Shown here piece after piece: positions 6,354 through 15,297 of a DNA stretch of 35,700 bases; positions within the stretch are counted from its first letter, which is position 1; each line of letters begins with the position of its first letter. A program made the translations under genes and the position numbers. The stretch comes from a virus: the IMG/VR virus record IMGVR_UViG_3300014205_000466, positions 1 to 35,700 of that record. One strand, written 5' to 3'. The notes under the pieces were generated by a model, which saw only the letters and a list, made by a program, of their open reading frames with translations, was not told where the DNA came from and did not search any database.

Positions 6354-7595
6354 TTATCGTACAATACGCCACCCGTATGTGGCAATTCGCAGTGTTGTCG
6401 AGGCCGCGGTTGATCTTGTTCTAACTTGCCCGCTTGTATTCGTCATCACGTTCATGTTGATATTAGCCCCGTTTCCAGCTGCGGAGCCCAAGTCATACAA
6501 AGGAGCGCCCGCCGCGTCTGGCACCACATCGGCTTGATCCAAGGAAGTGATCAGAACGCGCCAAAGAGCGGCACAACTGGCGAACGATCGTATTTTAGCC
6601 TCAACTTTTACTCCAGTGGGTACGGACAGAGTTCGAGACACTGCCGTCGTGCTCTGGTTCGTAACATCGACATCAAGCGCGGCAGTTGAAAGCAGGAAAT
6701 CATCGCCAATCTGCGTAAACGCTAGGATAGTCCCGCCTTTGCGCACAACAGGCCAGAGGTAGCGATAGAGCGTATAATTCGCCGGCAACGTCGGGGCGCT
6801 CGCACTAGCCGAGAAGATCACATCGACAACATCGGTATCTACCCTTTTGATCGCATAAAGGTGGTACGTCCCATCGGCAATCGATCCTGTATCAAGTCCA
6901 CCCTCACCAGACCCGACCGCCCACGCCGCATCGAGCCGCTTTGTGATGGCCGACGAAAGATTGATGAATGCCGCGTTCGTGCTGTCTGTGCATGCGCCAG
7001 CCGCAATATCAATATCGTTCGTGGCGTCAGTGCCGTTATTGGAAAGCGTAAACCCGCTGATGTAGTTGGATAGGGCGGCGGGGCCGGCTGACGAAAACAG
7101 ATCAAGAGTTGCGTTATACGGCTGGATTGTCTGCGAATAAAATGCAGATCCGGTGCAAAAGATCATCGCCCCGAACCCATCGGGGATCGTCAGCGTTGCT
7201 GCGCCGTCGATGGTTTCAGCGCCATCAGGGTCAACGGTAACATCTCCACCATCGGCCATCACGGTAATGTGCCAGTTTGCGGCAAGCGTTGCCGCCGCCG
7301 TCAGACTTAGGGTGTAGGCCCCGCTGAATCGCAGCGTTGCGTTATTATCCGTCCCGACAGCTGTGTAGTTGGCTGATTTCGACGTGAATACGTTTTTGTA
7401 ATCAATTCCGAGGTTTGTCCGCGCGCTCGCTGCGGTCGTTGCCCCAGTGCCGCCCGCCACGACAGGGCGAGCCACATTGTTGTCAGCGACAAGGTCGTCA
7501 ATGACCTCATTTACTTTTGCCGATAGAATGGTAGTATTCGCGACGAAGGTTGTGCCGGCTGGCTTTGAATATACGCCTGACCCGTTTCTGGCCAT
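6354..7595 (-). CDS. tail fibre protein
   Basis: The N-terminus (GSGVYSKPAGTTFVANTTI...VVAGGTGATTAASARTNLGI) is the conserved phage tail-fibre attachment motif. The remainder is Thr/Ala/Gly-rich. Confidence 0.65.
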   Translation of the reverse strand: MARNGSGVYSKPAGTTFVANTTILSAKVNEVIDDLVADNNVARPVVAGGTGATTAASARTNLGIDYKNVFTSKSANYTAVGTDNNATLRFSGAYTLSLTAAATLAANWHITVMADGGDVTVDPDGAETIDGAATLTIPDGFGAMIFCTGSAFYSQTIQPYNATLDLFSSAGPAALSNYISGFTLSNNGTDATNDIDIAAGACTDSTNAAFINLSSAITKRLDAAWAVGSGEGGLDTGSIADGTYHLYAIKRVDTDVVDVIFSASASAPTLPANYTLYRYLWPVVRKGGTILAFTQIGDDFLLSTAALDVDVTNQSTTAVSRTLSVPTGVKVEAKIRSFASCAALWRVLITSLDQADVVPDAAGAPLYDLGSAAGNGANINMNVMTNTSGQVRTRSTAASTTLRIATYGWRIVR

Positions 7596-7606
7596 TAGGA
7601 TACCTC

Positions 7607-7954
7607 ATGAAATTGAAATTGCTGATTTTCGCTGGCGTGGCTGGCATTGTCTTGTCTGGATGCCAGACCGAACGGCCGGCGACAGGGAAGGTTTTCCAAA
7701 AGCTCGGGGAGCAGTGCCAGAAGTACGGGTTCAAGCCCGGAAGCGACCAGTTCGCTGCCTGTATTTACCAGATGGACCAGACGCGGATTTCAAGAAACCG
7801 TGCGTCTCGGATGGCGTTTGCTCAGGGGTTGGGGCAGGTGGGCGCGCAGATGCAGCAGAACGCGAACAATCAGGCCATGATTAACGCGATGAACCGGCCC
7901 CGCACATGCTACACGTCGGGATTTGGATCAACGTTGACCACGAGGTGCTATTGA
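7607..7954 (+). CDS. lipoprotein (moron, on the opposite strand to the tail module)
   Basis: Internal ATG of ORF 7550..7954. The signal peptide with lipobox (MKLKLLIFAGVAGIVLSGC) is clear. Confidence 0.7.
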   Translation: MKLKLLIFAGVAGIVLSGCQTERPATGKVFQKLGEQCQKYGFKPGSDQFAACIYQMDQTRISRNRASRMAFAQGLGQVGAQMQQNANNQAMINAMNRPRTCYTSGFGSTLTTRCY

Positions 7955-8097
7955 TGACCCAAGACGAAATGGAGCGCCGGCTCGAAACTATCGACGCCAG
8001 GCTTGAAGGGATAAACCACCATACGAAGATCGCGAGCCAATACATGATGGCTCTCGTATTTCTTGTCGGTTTTGCGGTGGTTGTTTCACTGTTTTAA
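7954..8097 (+). CDS. small coiled-coil protein with a C-terminal TM anchor (47 aa)
   Basis: Its ATG shares one base (nt 7954) with the lipoprotein TGA stop (7952-7954). Sequence: MTQDEMERRLETIDARLEGINHHTKIASQYMMALVFLVGFAVVVSLF. Same architecture as 2918..3154. Confidence 0.45.
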   Translation: MTQDEMERRLETIDARLEGINHHTKIASQYMMALVFLVGFAVVVSLF

Positions 8098-9479
8098 GTG
8101 GCGTTTCCACTCAGCAGCGCTTCATTGAATTTCTTGTCTTTGTTGTTGAGTTGCTGCAACATTAGCGCTCGAATGATCGCTTCCTTGCCACCTTCGCGGA
8201 ATGGTGCCACAGGTGCCTTTTCTATCAGCGACTTTGCCAACGGGGAGTTAGCGCGAATGGCTTCATCAATCTGCGCAAGGTGATTTTTTGTCAGGGAATT
8301 TGATATTTTCTTGGATGCAACGCCAACAGCGGACGGAACAACGCCGGCAGCAAAGGCAAGAGGGTTTCCTGTGGCCTGAGCCGCCGCCGCCCCAGTGCCA
8401 AGCGCAGTAACCATATTGCCAAGGCCACCACCGCCGCCAAGAAGATTACCAATCCAACGCGTGGCGTTTTCGGTCTTTGTCCCCTTGTCGAGCAGCTTTA
8501 GGGCCTCTCTTTCTTCGGCGGAAAAGCGAGAAGCTTGTTTCTTGTCGATGAGTAGGGAAGCGATCCTTGACCGGATAGAATTTCCAAGGTTTTGCCCTGA
8601 ATTGGCGGCGTCGGCTCGCAATCCTGCCGCCTCATCGATCCCGGTAAGCGTGTTTGATTTCTTGGCTGCGGCCCAATTGGCATCTGCCGTTCGGAGAATT
8701 TGAGACGCAAGCGCGGGGTCACCAGAGATAACGGCGCCTTCAGGGGGGTTGCGCATAAAGTCGTTAAGACCCTGACGAGCAATCCTTGCCGCTTCTGCAT
8801 CGGGGGGATTGGTAAAATTGCGTGATGCGTTTCCAAGGCTTCGCTGCGCCGCTTCGAGGGAAGACAGGGGCGCGGCGACTGTTTCACCGGGTCCGGCGAC
8901 TGGAACGTCACCAAGCTTTTTGACAAGGGCGTTTGCTTTGGGGGCTGTTTCGTCAATTAGGCCGCTTTCAAAGAGTTTTCGCGCCAGATCGTCGGAGAGA
9001 TTCTTTACCGCTTCCGGGGCATAGTCAACACCCAAATCTCTTGCCTCATCATATCCTTCTCGTGCCGCCGCCTTGAGCGCTTCGGCGGACGGAATATCGA
9101 CCTGTTGACGTGCGATGTTCTTTGCTTGTCCGGGGATTGCCCTATCACCAACACGAAGGCCCGGCGTCGATGGGCTAAACGTGCCGGCAAATTCAAGCGC
9201 CCTTCCAATAAGCTCCGGCGTGTAGTTTCCGGTTCCGTCCTTCATCTGGACTTTGCCACTCATGACGTCGCCTGGAAGCATAAAGGAACGCTTGATGGGG
9301 CCGAGAAGGCCGGCATCGCTATCGAAGCTCACATTCCCGCTTTCGTCCCGGCTGAAAGGAAGGATAGAGCCTTTATATGCTTGCGACGGGGCGACGGCTT
9401 CAGCCGGCTGCGCGTTCTGCTCCTGCAAGCGCTTCCGTGCGGTGGCAATGGCAATGGCGCGTTGCTGCTCAAGTGTCAT
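8094..9479 (-). CDS. internal virion / ejection protein candidate (461 aa)
   Basis: ORF track. The start is placed at the ATG overlapping the upstream stop (ATGA at 9476-9479). It sits in the block of large genes after the nozzle-like genes. No motif was recognised. Confidence 0.45.
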   Translation of the reverse strand: MTLEQQRAIAIATARKRLQEQNAQPAEAVAPSQAYKGSILPFSRDESGNVSFDSDAGLLGPIKRSFMLPGDVMSGKVQMKDGTGNYTPELIGRALEFAGTFSPSTPGLRVGDRAIPGQAKNIARQQVDIPSAEALKAAAREGYDEARDLGVDYAPEAVKNLSDDLARKLFESGLIDETAPKANALVKKLGDVPVAGPGETVAAPLSSLEAAQRSLGNASRNFTNPPDAEAARIARQGLNDFMRNPPEGAVISGDPALASQILRTADANWAAAKKSNTLTGIDEAAGLRADAANSGQNLGNSIRSRIASLLIDKKQASRFSAEEREALKLLDKGTKTENATRWIGNLLGGGGGLGNMVTALGTGAAAAQATGNPLAFAAGVVPSAVGVASKKISNSLTKNHLAQIDEAIRANSPLAKSLIEKAPVAPFREGGKEAIIRALMLQQLNNKDKKFNEALLSGNAT

Positions 9480-11551
9480 TTCGGCCATAGCGCCCGCTCC
9501 TCTGGTGTCATTACGGCCCATACGCCGGGGTCTACGCCTTCCGGAACGCCATCCTGAGTTGGTTGCGCATTGATGGCGGGAACGCGAGCCATTGCCCCCG
9601 TTGCCGGAACGCCGTCAGTGGGTGCGACTGCTCCATCAACCTGCTCTGGCGACCACTCGCTAAACGGCCCGAAGTCGGGGATAACATCAGCGGGGTTGAT
9701 GCGGTTTCTTTCAACAATGCCGGAATACTGGCCGGCGTCTGTTTTGAACGCCTGATCGTATCCAGAAATACGGCCATATGCTTCCTTCAAGATTGCCCTG
9801 CGTGTTTCCGGTGTAAGTGCTGCGCCGCCATTGAGACTTGAAATTGTGCCCTGCAACCAATCCGGCAGAGAAGACGTGTTTTTGACCATGACCATTTCAC
9901 CCTCTCGGACGACAGAGGTCGGGTCCATGATTTTGCCGAGGCCGTAAACAAGATTGAGGTCAGACGCTCTCGTGTCGCGTCCAGCCGTTTCGTACATAGA
10001 GCGATAGATTGGCAGCGCCTGAGAAAGGTTTTTATAGCTCGGGAGGCCCTGAATTTCCTTGCGTAGATTGGAGATTTCCTTGAAATCAACCTTTGGGGTT
10101 GTCAGGCCGTCAACTTCTTCAATGTCGCCGGTGAACTTATTGAACTTCACGCCGTCCTTGTATTCCCACGCGGCCTCGGCCTTTGGCGCATCACGAACGA
10201 CAGAGATCTTTCCGGACTGATCGGCCTGATAAACGCCGGCAGGATCAAGGCCCATTGCCCTTTCCTCGTCATCGGTCAGGTTCTTCATTTTCGGCGGGTT
10301 CTTGAGCGCATCAAGGCCAAGGCGCTTTGTTTCAAGATCAAGCTGATAGACCGGATCTTGCTGCTTTAGCTGCAATTCCTTCTGTGCCTGTTCTTCCTGC
10401 ATTCGGCGCTGGATAAGAGCCTGCACAACGGCCTTTTTCGCGGGAGGGAGATACGGGTCGCTCATGACCTCGATGGCCTTCATGAGGTCAAAGTCTGCCG
10501 TTCCGGCCTGCATGGCCTGTGCGACCTGCTGGCGCGGGTCTACTGCGACCGTGCCTTTGGTTGGCATCTCGGCGGGTTGTGCCGTTGGCGTCTTGTTTGT
10601 CCTGAAATCACCGCTAACAAGTGCCTTAAGAATACCGGTTCGTCCGTCCTCTTTCTGCGGCATTGCGGGGGCTTCGCCGGCAGACGCGATCTCAACTGGA
10701 GCAACCGCTTGTTTGATCGGCTGCAATGCGTTCACCATTGCGGACTGAACGGGCTTGTTTGCAGTTGCAATCATACCGGGCTGCGCTGCGATAGCGTCCG
10801 TTGACGCCACCTGATTTGCGTTGATGCCATCCCACGCGCCGAGACCAACCCTTTTCGCCCCGTACCACGGTCTCCACCCGGTCGTCTTTGCGTTATCCAG
10901 TGCGAAGTCGATCTGTTTTTGAACGGTCGATGGGTCGCGCGGATCAAGACCGGTCTTGGCCATGAAGTCGTTGCCCATGCCCTTGGGGAAGTTCTTCCCG
11001 TCCCCGACAAGCAACTGAAACGGTCCATAGGACGGCTCGCGAATGCCGTTTTTCTTGACGTTCGATTGCCAAACCCCCGGAGCGAGCCCCTCAGACTTCG
11101 CCACTTTGACGGCAATGTCTGGGTCAATCCCGCGCTGCGTTGCCGCCTGCCGAATATAGGCTTCCATCTGACCGATATCAGACAGGTTTGCGGCTGGCTT
11201 TGCCGCATAATCGTCAATCGATCCACGATCAATCGAACGGGCGTTTTCCATTGTTCCGGCAACCGGCTCTTGCGGTGCAGCCACCGGGGCAACATCGGCG
11301 GGCTTCGTTCCGATAGATGGGCCAAACAGGTTTGCAAATGCGGAATTCGCGCTATCAATTCCGGCGCTTTCGGCTTTATCAGCCTTACCCATCATGGCCC
11401 GATAGACAATGGCGTTACCAAGGGCGTTCAGCCCTTCACCAACGTTCTGCGGGGCCTTTTGAGGTGCAAGCGCCTCAGCAATCCGGCGAAGCTTTGCAAG
11501 TTCCTGCGGCGTCTTAGGGAGGCCATCAGCGCCGAAAATAAACTGCTTCAT
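9476..11551 (-). CDS. internal virion protein with a lytic transglycosylase (SLT-like) domain
   Basis: The region GIDPDIAVKVAKSEGL...SYGPFQL...WYGAKRVG fits an SLT/lysozyme-like fold. Size and position resemble the podovirus gp16-type ejection protein. Confidence 0.7.
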   Translation of the reverse strand: MKQFIFGADGLPKTPQELAKLRRIAEALAPQKAPQNVGEGLNALGNAIVYRAMMGKADKAESAGIDSANSAFANLFGPSIGTKPADVAPVAAPQEPVAGTMENARSIDRGSIDDYAAKPAANLSDIGQMEAYIRQAATQRGIDPDIAVKVAKSEGLAPGVWQSNVKKNGIREPSYGPFQLLVGDGKNFPKGMGNDFMAKTGLDPRDPSTVQKQIDFALDNAKTTGWRPWYGAKRVGLGAWDGINANQVASTDAIAAQPGMIATANKPVQSAMVNALQPIKQAVAPVEIASAGEAPAMPQKEDGRTGILKALVSGDFRTNKTPTAQPAEMPTKGTVAVDPRQQVAQAMQAGTADFDLMKAIEVMSDPYLPPAKKAVVQALIQRRMQEEQAQKELQLKQQDPVYQLDLETKRLGLDALKNPPKMKNLTDDEERAMGLDPAGVYQADQSGKISVVRDAPKAEAAWEYKDGVKFNKFTGDIEEVDGLTTPKVDFKEISNLRKEIQGLPSYKNLSQALPIYRSMYETAGRDTRASDLNLVYGLGKIMDPTSVVREGEMVMVKNTSSLPDWLQGTISSLNGGAALTPETRRAILKEAYGRISGYDQAFKTDAGQYSGIVERNRINPADVIPDFGPFSEWSPEQVDGAVAPTDGVPATGAMARVPAINAQPTQDGVPEGVDPGVWAVMTPEERALWPK

Positions 11552-12612
11552 GCCGCAAGTTCCTTTCCGAGACCAAAGAGGCGTCCATAGTGAACACGCT
11601 TGACGCCATCTTTGCCGGTCAAGACGGCATCAGGTCGCTTTTCCTCGACTTCCTGAGCCATGACACCGATGTGCTTTTCACCGTCGTCAAACTTGCCCTT
11701 ATAGTCGTAGGCGTAGACATTGTGGCCTTCGACCTTGCCGAGCGGCTCAATGTTTTCCTTGACGCGCTCGTCCGACGCCATGATGAACGACGAACCAAGC
11801 CCGAACAGACCGCCTAGCAGACTGTTACGCTGCGCCATTTCGGCCTGCCACTGCTGCATTCGCTGGTTGTCATAGTTCGAGATAATCCCTGCCGTGTCGG
11901 TCGTCGGGATCGTCGGCATGTTTGTGCCCATGAACTGAGGCTGTGAAACCTGGCTACCAGACATCAACGCGGTAATTTCGTTGATCGGCTGGTTGCGCAT
12001 GGTCTGGCCCTCTTGGAAGGCTTGACCGTGACCGCTCAGGATCAGCTGGTTATAGGCGTCGTTGCGGTTCTGGCCTTGGCTAGCCATTTCCCGGTCATAG
12101 GCTTCGGTGCCAACCTTGATGCCCTGATTTGCCAGCCTCGTCCGCAATGCCTCGTCCTGCTGTTCAAGCATTGGGTCAAGCCGCTTCCGGCCAAGCTCCA
12201 TCAGCCGCGCTTCGGTGGCCTCGTTCGACCCGTCAAATGGCTTTGAGAGATAATCCTGCAAGAACCCGGTCTGGTTATTGGCAAGCTGCGAAAGGCCGAG
12301 CTTCGTCTGGTCCTGCTGGTCCTTGATGGCCTGCTGCGCAGCCGAAAGCGTGGTGTTGCGCGTGAATGTCGGGATTTTATAGGTCTTGTCGGTGTACGGG
12401 TCATACCAGTTATAATTTCCGGTCTGCTTGACGGTCGTCTTCCCGTCCGGCGTGATTTCGTTCACATTGCCAAGAAAAGCATTTGCGACAGATGTGCCGA
12501 CGTTCGTAGACGTGGAGGCCGCGCTTGTCTCTTTCGGATCAGTGGGTTCAGGTGCGTCCGGTTTGCCCAATGTCTCGCTCCTTCCTGAATTTCGATTTCC
12601 GCCAATCGTCAT
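11548..12612 (-). CDS. virion protein with a C-terminal peptidase-S74 intramolecular chaperone domain
   Basis: C-terminus: ASDERVKENIEPLG...VYAYDYK...IGVMAQEVEE..PDAV...V.Y (S74 autoproteolytic chaperone signature). An alternative TTG start at 12570 lies behind a GGAAGGAG RBS. Confidence 0.6.
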   Translation of the reverse strand: MTIGGNRNSGRSETLGKPDAPEPTDPKETSAASTSTNVGTSVANAFLGNVNEITPDGKTTVKQTGNYNWYDPYTDKTYKIPTFTRNTTLSAAQQAIKDQQDQTKLGLSQLANNQTGFLQDYLSKPFDGSNEATEARLMELGRKRLDPMLEQQDEALRTRLANQGIKVGTEAYDREMASQGQNRNDAYNQLILSGHGQAFQEGQTMRNQPINEITALMSGSQVSQPQFMGTNMPTIPTTDTAGIISNYDNQRMQQWQAEMAQRNSLLGGLFGLGSSFIMASDERVKENIEPLGKVEGHNVYAYDYKGKFDDGEKHIGVMAQEVEEKRPDAVLTGKDGVKRVHYGRLFGLGKELAA

Positions 12613-13033
12613 CGGTCAGGGAATAGAGGATGCCGTCCTCGTTCCTGCCGTACAGTCGCGGAATGATTTGATGGTCAAAGCCGTAAGCGGTGAAGATCCG
12701 CTTCAAGTGGTTCTGTCTCGGATCGGCTGAGACGCGGGAAACCAGCATCTGGACGCCAACGTCTATAAATGGGTAGTCGAACATGGCCTTGAGTGTTTGT
12801 CTGGTCAGCCACCGCCTCGACGTGGCCGCGCCGGAAAGTTCGATAACACCTGCATCCGGTTCCCAATCGTGATAGACCATGCATGCGATGATTTCGCCCT
12901 TGTCGAAGACGCCCATGCAGACGCCCTTGGGAAGGGTCTTATGGGTCTTATCTGGCCAAATCTGGCGGGATGTCCATTCTACCATTGCGTTGCGGAGATC
13001 TGGGTTTTTCGATGTTCCCCAGACAATATCCAT
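12548..13033 (-). CDS. GNAT-like acetyltransferase (161 aa) embedded in the virion module
   Basis: The start ATG (13031-13033) shares one base (nt 13033) with the upstream TGA stop (13033-13035). The pattern IACMVYHDW....IELSGAATSRRWLTRQTLKAMFDYPF...V...NHLKRIFTAYGF is consistent with the GNAT core. Confidence 0.5.
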   Translation of the reverse strand: MDIVWGTSKNPDLRNAMVEWTSRQIWPDKTHKTLPKGVCMGVFDKGEIIACMVYHDWEPDAGVIELSGAATSRRWLTRQTLKAMFDYPFIDVGVQMLVSRVSADPRQNHLKRIFTAYGFDHQIIPRLYGRNEDGILYSLTDDDWRKSKFRKERDIGQTGRT

Positions 13034-14598
13034 CAAACCATGACTCCGCCTGTTTCGTAGATCACGTCGGACGCGATAAGCTCTATTCGAGGAAATGGCG
13101 TAATTCCGCATGTGATCTGGACTTGTGGGGAAATAATAAAGCCTGACTTGCCGACCGATTGCCATTTGGTCGTCACCGTTGATGTTCCGGTGGCGTCCCA
13201 GAGTGAGACGTCCCATTCGGCAGAATCCCACTCGTCCGTCGTGTAATCGGCCACGGACGATGGCGCGGTTGGCAGGGTCACGTTGTAATTGACCGATGCC
13301 GAAACCTTGGACGTAAAGGGGACAGATGCGATGAAAACCGACCTGATGGAATGAATGATCTTCGTCGCGCCTGGGCTTCTCAAGTGGTCAGGAAGGCCGA
13401 CATATGTGCATGTGTACGGTTCGCCGTCATCGGATCCACCGGTTTCCATGCGATAAACGCACCCATCATTGCTGCCGAAATAGCCGTGGTCGTCATATAG
13501 ACCAACGCATCGCGTGTTCCAGTTGGTGAACTTCGCCCATGCCCCGGTTTCCAGATTGGCAACGAAACAATAAGGCTCGACGCTCGTGCTCACCACCGGC
13601 AGGCTTACCACCATCATGTTGTTGGTCGGCCACTTGAGAATTTCCCACGGCATTGTTTTGCGGGCGGAAACTTCCGTCTTCCATTCCGGCTCAATGTTCT
13701 TTGTTACGGCAGACAAGGACAGCGCCGCGGCGTCCTTGTTGACGGCCATAGAGAGAGGGACAATCCCGTCTTCTGTAGCAATGAGCGGTTCGCCGCCCGC
13801 CATCATCCATGCGTTCATGCCCATGGGCGGGGTGATCTTGTAGACCCCGACCTTTGAAAATCCGCTCGCTGATGATGGGTCTGTTCCCTGATAGACGGCC
13901 ACCTCTCCCGTGGACGACATGAAAAAACACTTGTCGTCCAGCCCGTCACCGCTATCGAGCGACCACTTTCCGCCGAACAGAAGCACCCCGCCATCCTGAA
14001 ACACGCCCGCCAGGCTGAACGATGTCAACGCCCCGTTGATGCTGTCAACGGGCAGATACCACGCCTTCATGGTGTCCTTCTGGACGTACCAGAGACGGCT
14101 TGCGTAGGTCCAGACAAACGACAGGTCTTCAGGCGTTGCCAGCCCGGTAAAGGCGTGGTCGGCCCATGTCGTCCCGTCGAAGTAAAGCGGAGTGTCCGCC
14201 CCATTGACGACAGAGATAAAGTCACCGCCCGCCGTGCCGAATTGCGCCGTGGCGTAATATCCAGACGTTTGGCCGGAAACGTCTGCCGTGGGGATTGTGT
14301 CGGCGTCGATGATGGACGAAACATCAAAAATGTTTGTCTCATCTGATGCAAAAAACTTTTCATTCGAGCCGGATTTATAGCTGAACAGCCGCAAGACCGG
14401 GCCTGTAGATATGGTCGCATATTTCTGCGCGCCGCCGCGAACGCGAACGCTTGTTAGCGTCGGAAACATGTTTTCCAGTACGCGCGCGCCGCCCGGCTTC
14501 GAATTGGCCAAGGGCTCGTTAACGATCCATCCGCGAACGGCTGGCTGGATTGTGTATGGTCTGGACTGTGCTCGGCCTTTGGTGACGGGCATCCGCAT
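13033..14598 (-). CDS. virion structural protein (nozzle / tail tubular B-like candidate, 521 aa)
   Basis: Assigned by position and size in a tail-less (no tape measure, no sheath) structural module. No motif was recognised. Confidence 0.4.
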   Translation of the reverse strand: MRMPVTKGRAQSRPYTIQPAVRGWIVNEPLANSKPGGARVLENMFPTLTSVRVRGGAQKYATISTGPVLRLFSYKSGSNEKFFASDETNIFDVSSIIDADTIPTADVSGQTSGYYATAQFGTAGGDFISVVNGADTPLYFDGTTWADHAFTGLATPEDLSFVWTYASRLWYVQKDTMKAWYLPVDSINGALTSFSLAGVFQDGGVLLFGGKWSLDSGDGLDDKCFFMSSTGEVAVYQGTDPSSASGFSKVGVYKITPPMGMNAWMMAGGEPLIATEDGIVPLSMAVNKDAAALSLSAVTKNIEPEWKTEVSARKTMPWEILKWPTNNMMVVSLPVVSTSVEPYCFVANLETGAWAKFTNWNTRCVGLYDDHGYFGSNDGCVYRMETGGSDDGEPYTCTYVGLPDHLRSPGATKIIHSIRSVFIASVPFTSKVSASVNYNVTLPTAPSSVADYTTDEWDSAEWDVSLWDATGTSTVTTKWQSVGKSGFIISPQVQITCGITPFPRIELIASDVIYETGGVMV

Positions 14599-14599
14599 G

Positions 14600-15295
14600 T
14601 CAGGTTCCTACGTTCTGCGGATATGCGATTGTCACATCCGAAGGAAGACGAACCTTGCCAACGCGCAGCATTCGCGAGCCTTTGTCGCGAGCGACCAAGC
14701 GGGAGAGCAATTGCTCGTAGTTCATGAAATCTTCCGTATATGGCAGGCCCTTGTTCGCCCGCCATTGCCAGATCATTCCGAGCTTCAGCAATTCCTCACT
14801 TAATCGGAACGTGTCGTCATCATCGTTAAATTCGGTTTTGTTGCTACCAGAAGCCGGCGTGATTATAAGGTTCGACTGATAGAAGAACTTCGCGGTAACG
14901 GCACTCGCAAGCGCCGGCTTGATGTGCATCTGCCCGCCGTAGATCGTCCAGGCGTTAATGACGAAATCGAACGACTGAACGTCCAATTCCAGCCACTTAT
15001 CCAACTCAACTACGGGGGAAAGTGGCGATTCTAGCGACGATGACCAGACCTGAGCCTTGACCAGCATCCTGTCATAATCGGACGGAAGGTCGAAATCTTC
15101 CGTCGATCCATCGCCCGTAAGCGTGTGAATGGTGCTGAACATCTGCCATTCGTGGCCCTTGGCGATCCTGTCAGCCATCGTGTGCGCGACTGCCAAAAGC
15201 TCGACATATTCGCGATCAGTGGACGAAGTAACGGCGTCGGGCACGTCAATACCGATCACCTTTGCAACGCCTTGGCAGACTGACAGGATCGTCAT
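14600..15295 (-). CDS. virion structural protein (adaptor / tail tubular A-like candidate, 231 aa)
   Basis: ORF track (the track start at 15301 is TTG). ATG 15295 lies 2 nt after the upstream stop. Assigned by position between the head genes and the nozzle-like gene. Confidence 0.4.
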   Translation of the reverse strand: MTILSVCQGVAKVIGIDVPDAVTSSTDREYVELLAVAHTMADRIAKGHEWQMFSTIHTLTGDGSTEDFDLPSDYDRMLVKAQVWSSSLESPLSPVVELDKWLELDVQSFDFVINAWTIYGGQMHIKPALASAVTAKFFYQSNLIITPASGSNKTEFNDDDDTFRLSEELLKLGMIWQWRANKGLPYTEDFMNYEQLLSRLVARDKGSRMLRVGKVRLPSDVTIAYPQNVGT

Positions 15296-15297
15296 GT

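Noticed and set aside
10771-11358. Long shadow ORFs overlapping well-supported genes on the other strand or frame (e.g. 10771..11358-, 10919..11590+, 15262..15939+, 17344..18018+, 17301..17876-, 18437..18994+, 20997..21659+, 30516..31574+, 31701..32924+, 145..591-, 588..887-)
   Set aside because: They have Arg/Ser/Pro/Cys-rich low-complexity translations, no RBS and no coupling to neighbours. Each overlaps a gene with clear motifs or operon context. This is typical of GC-rich DNA.
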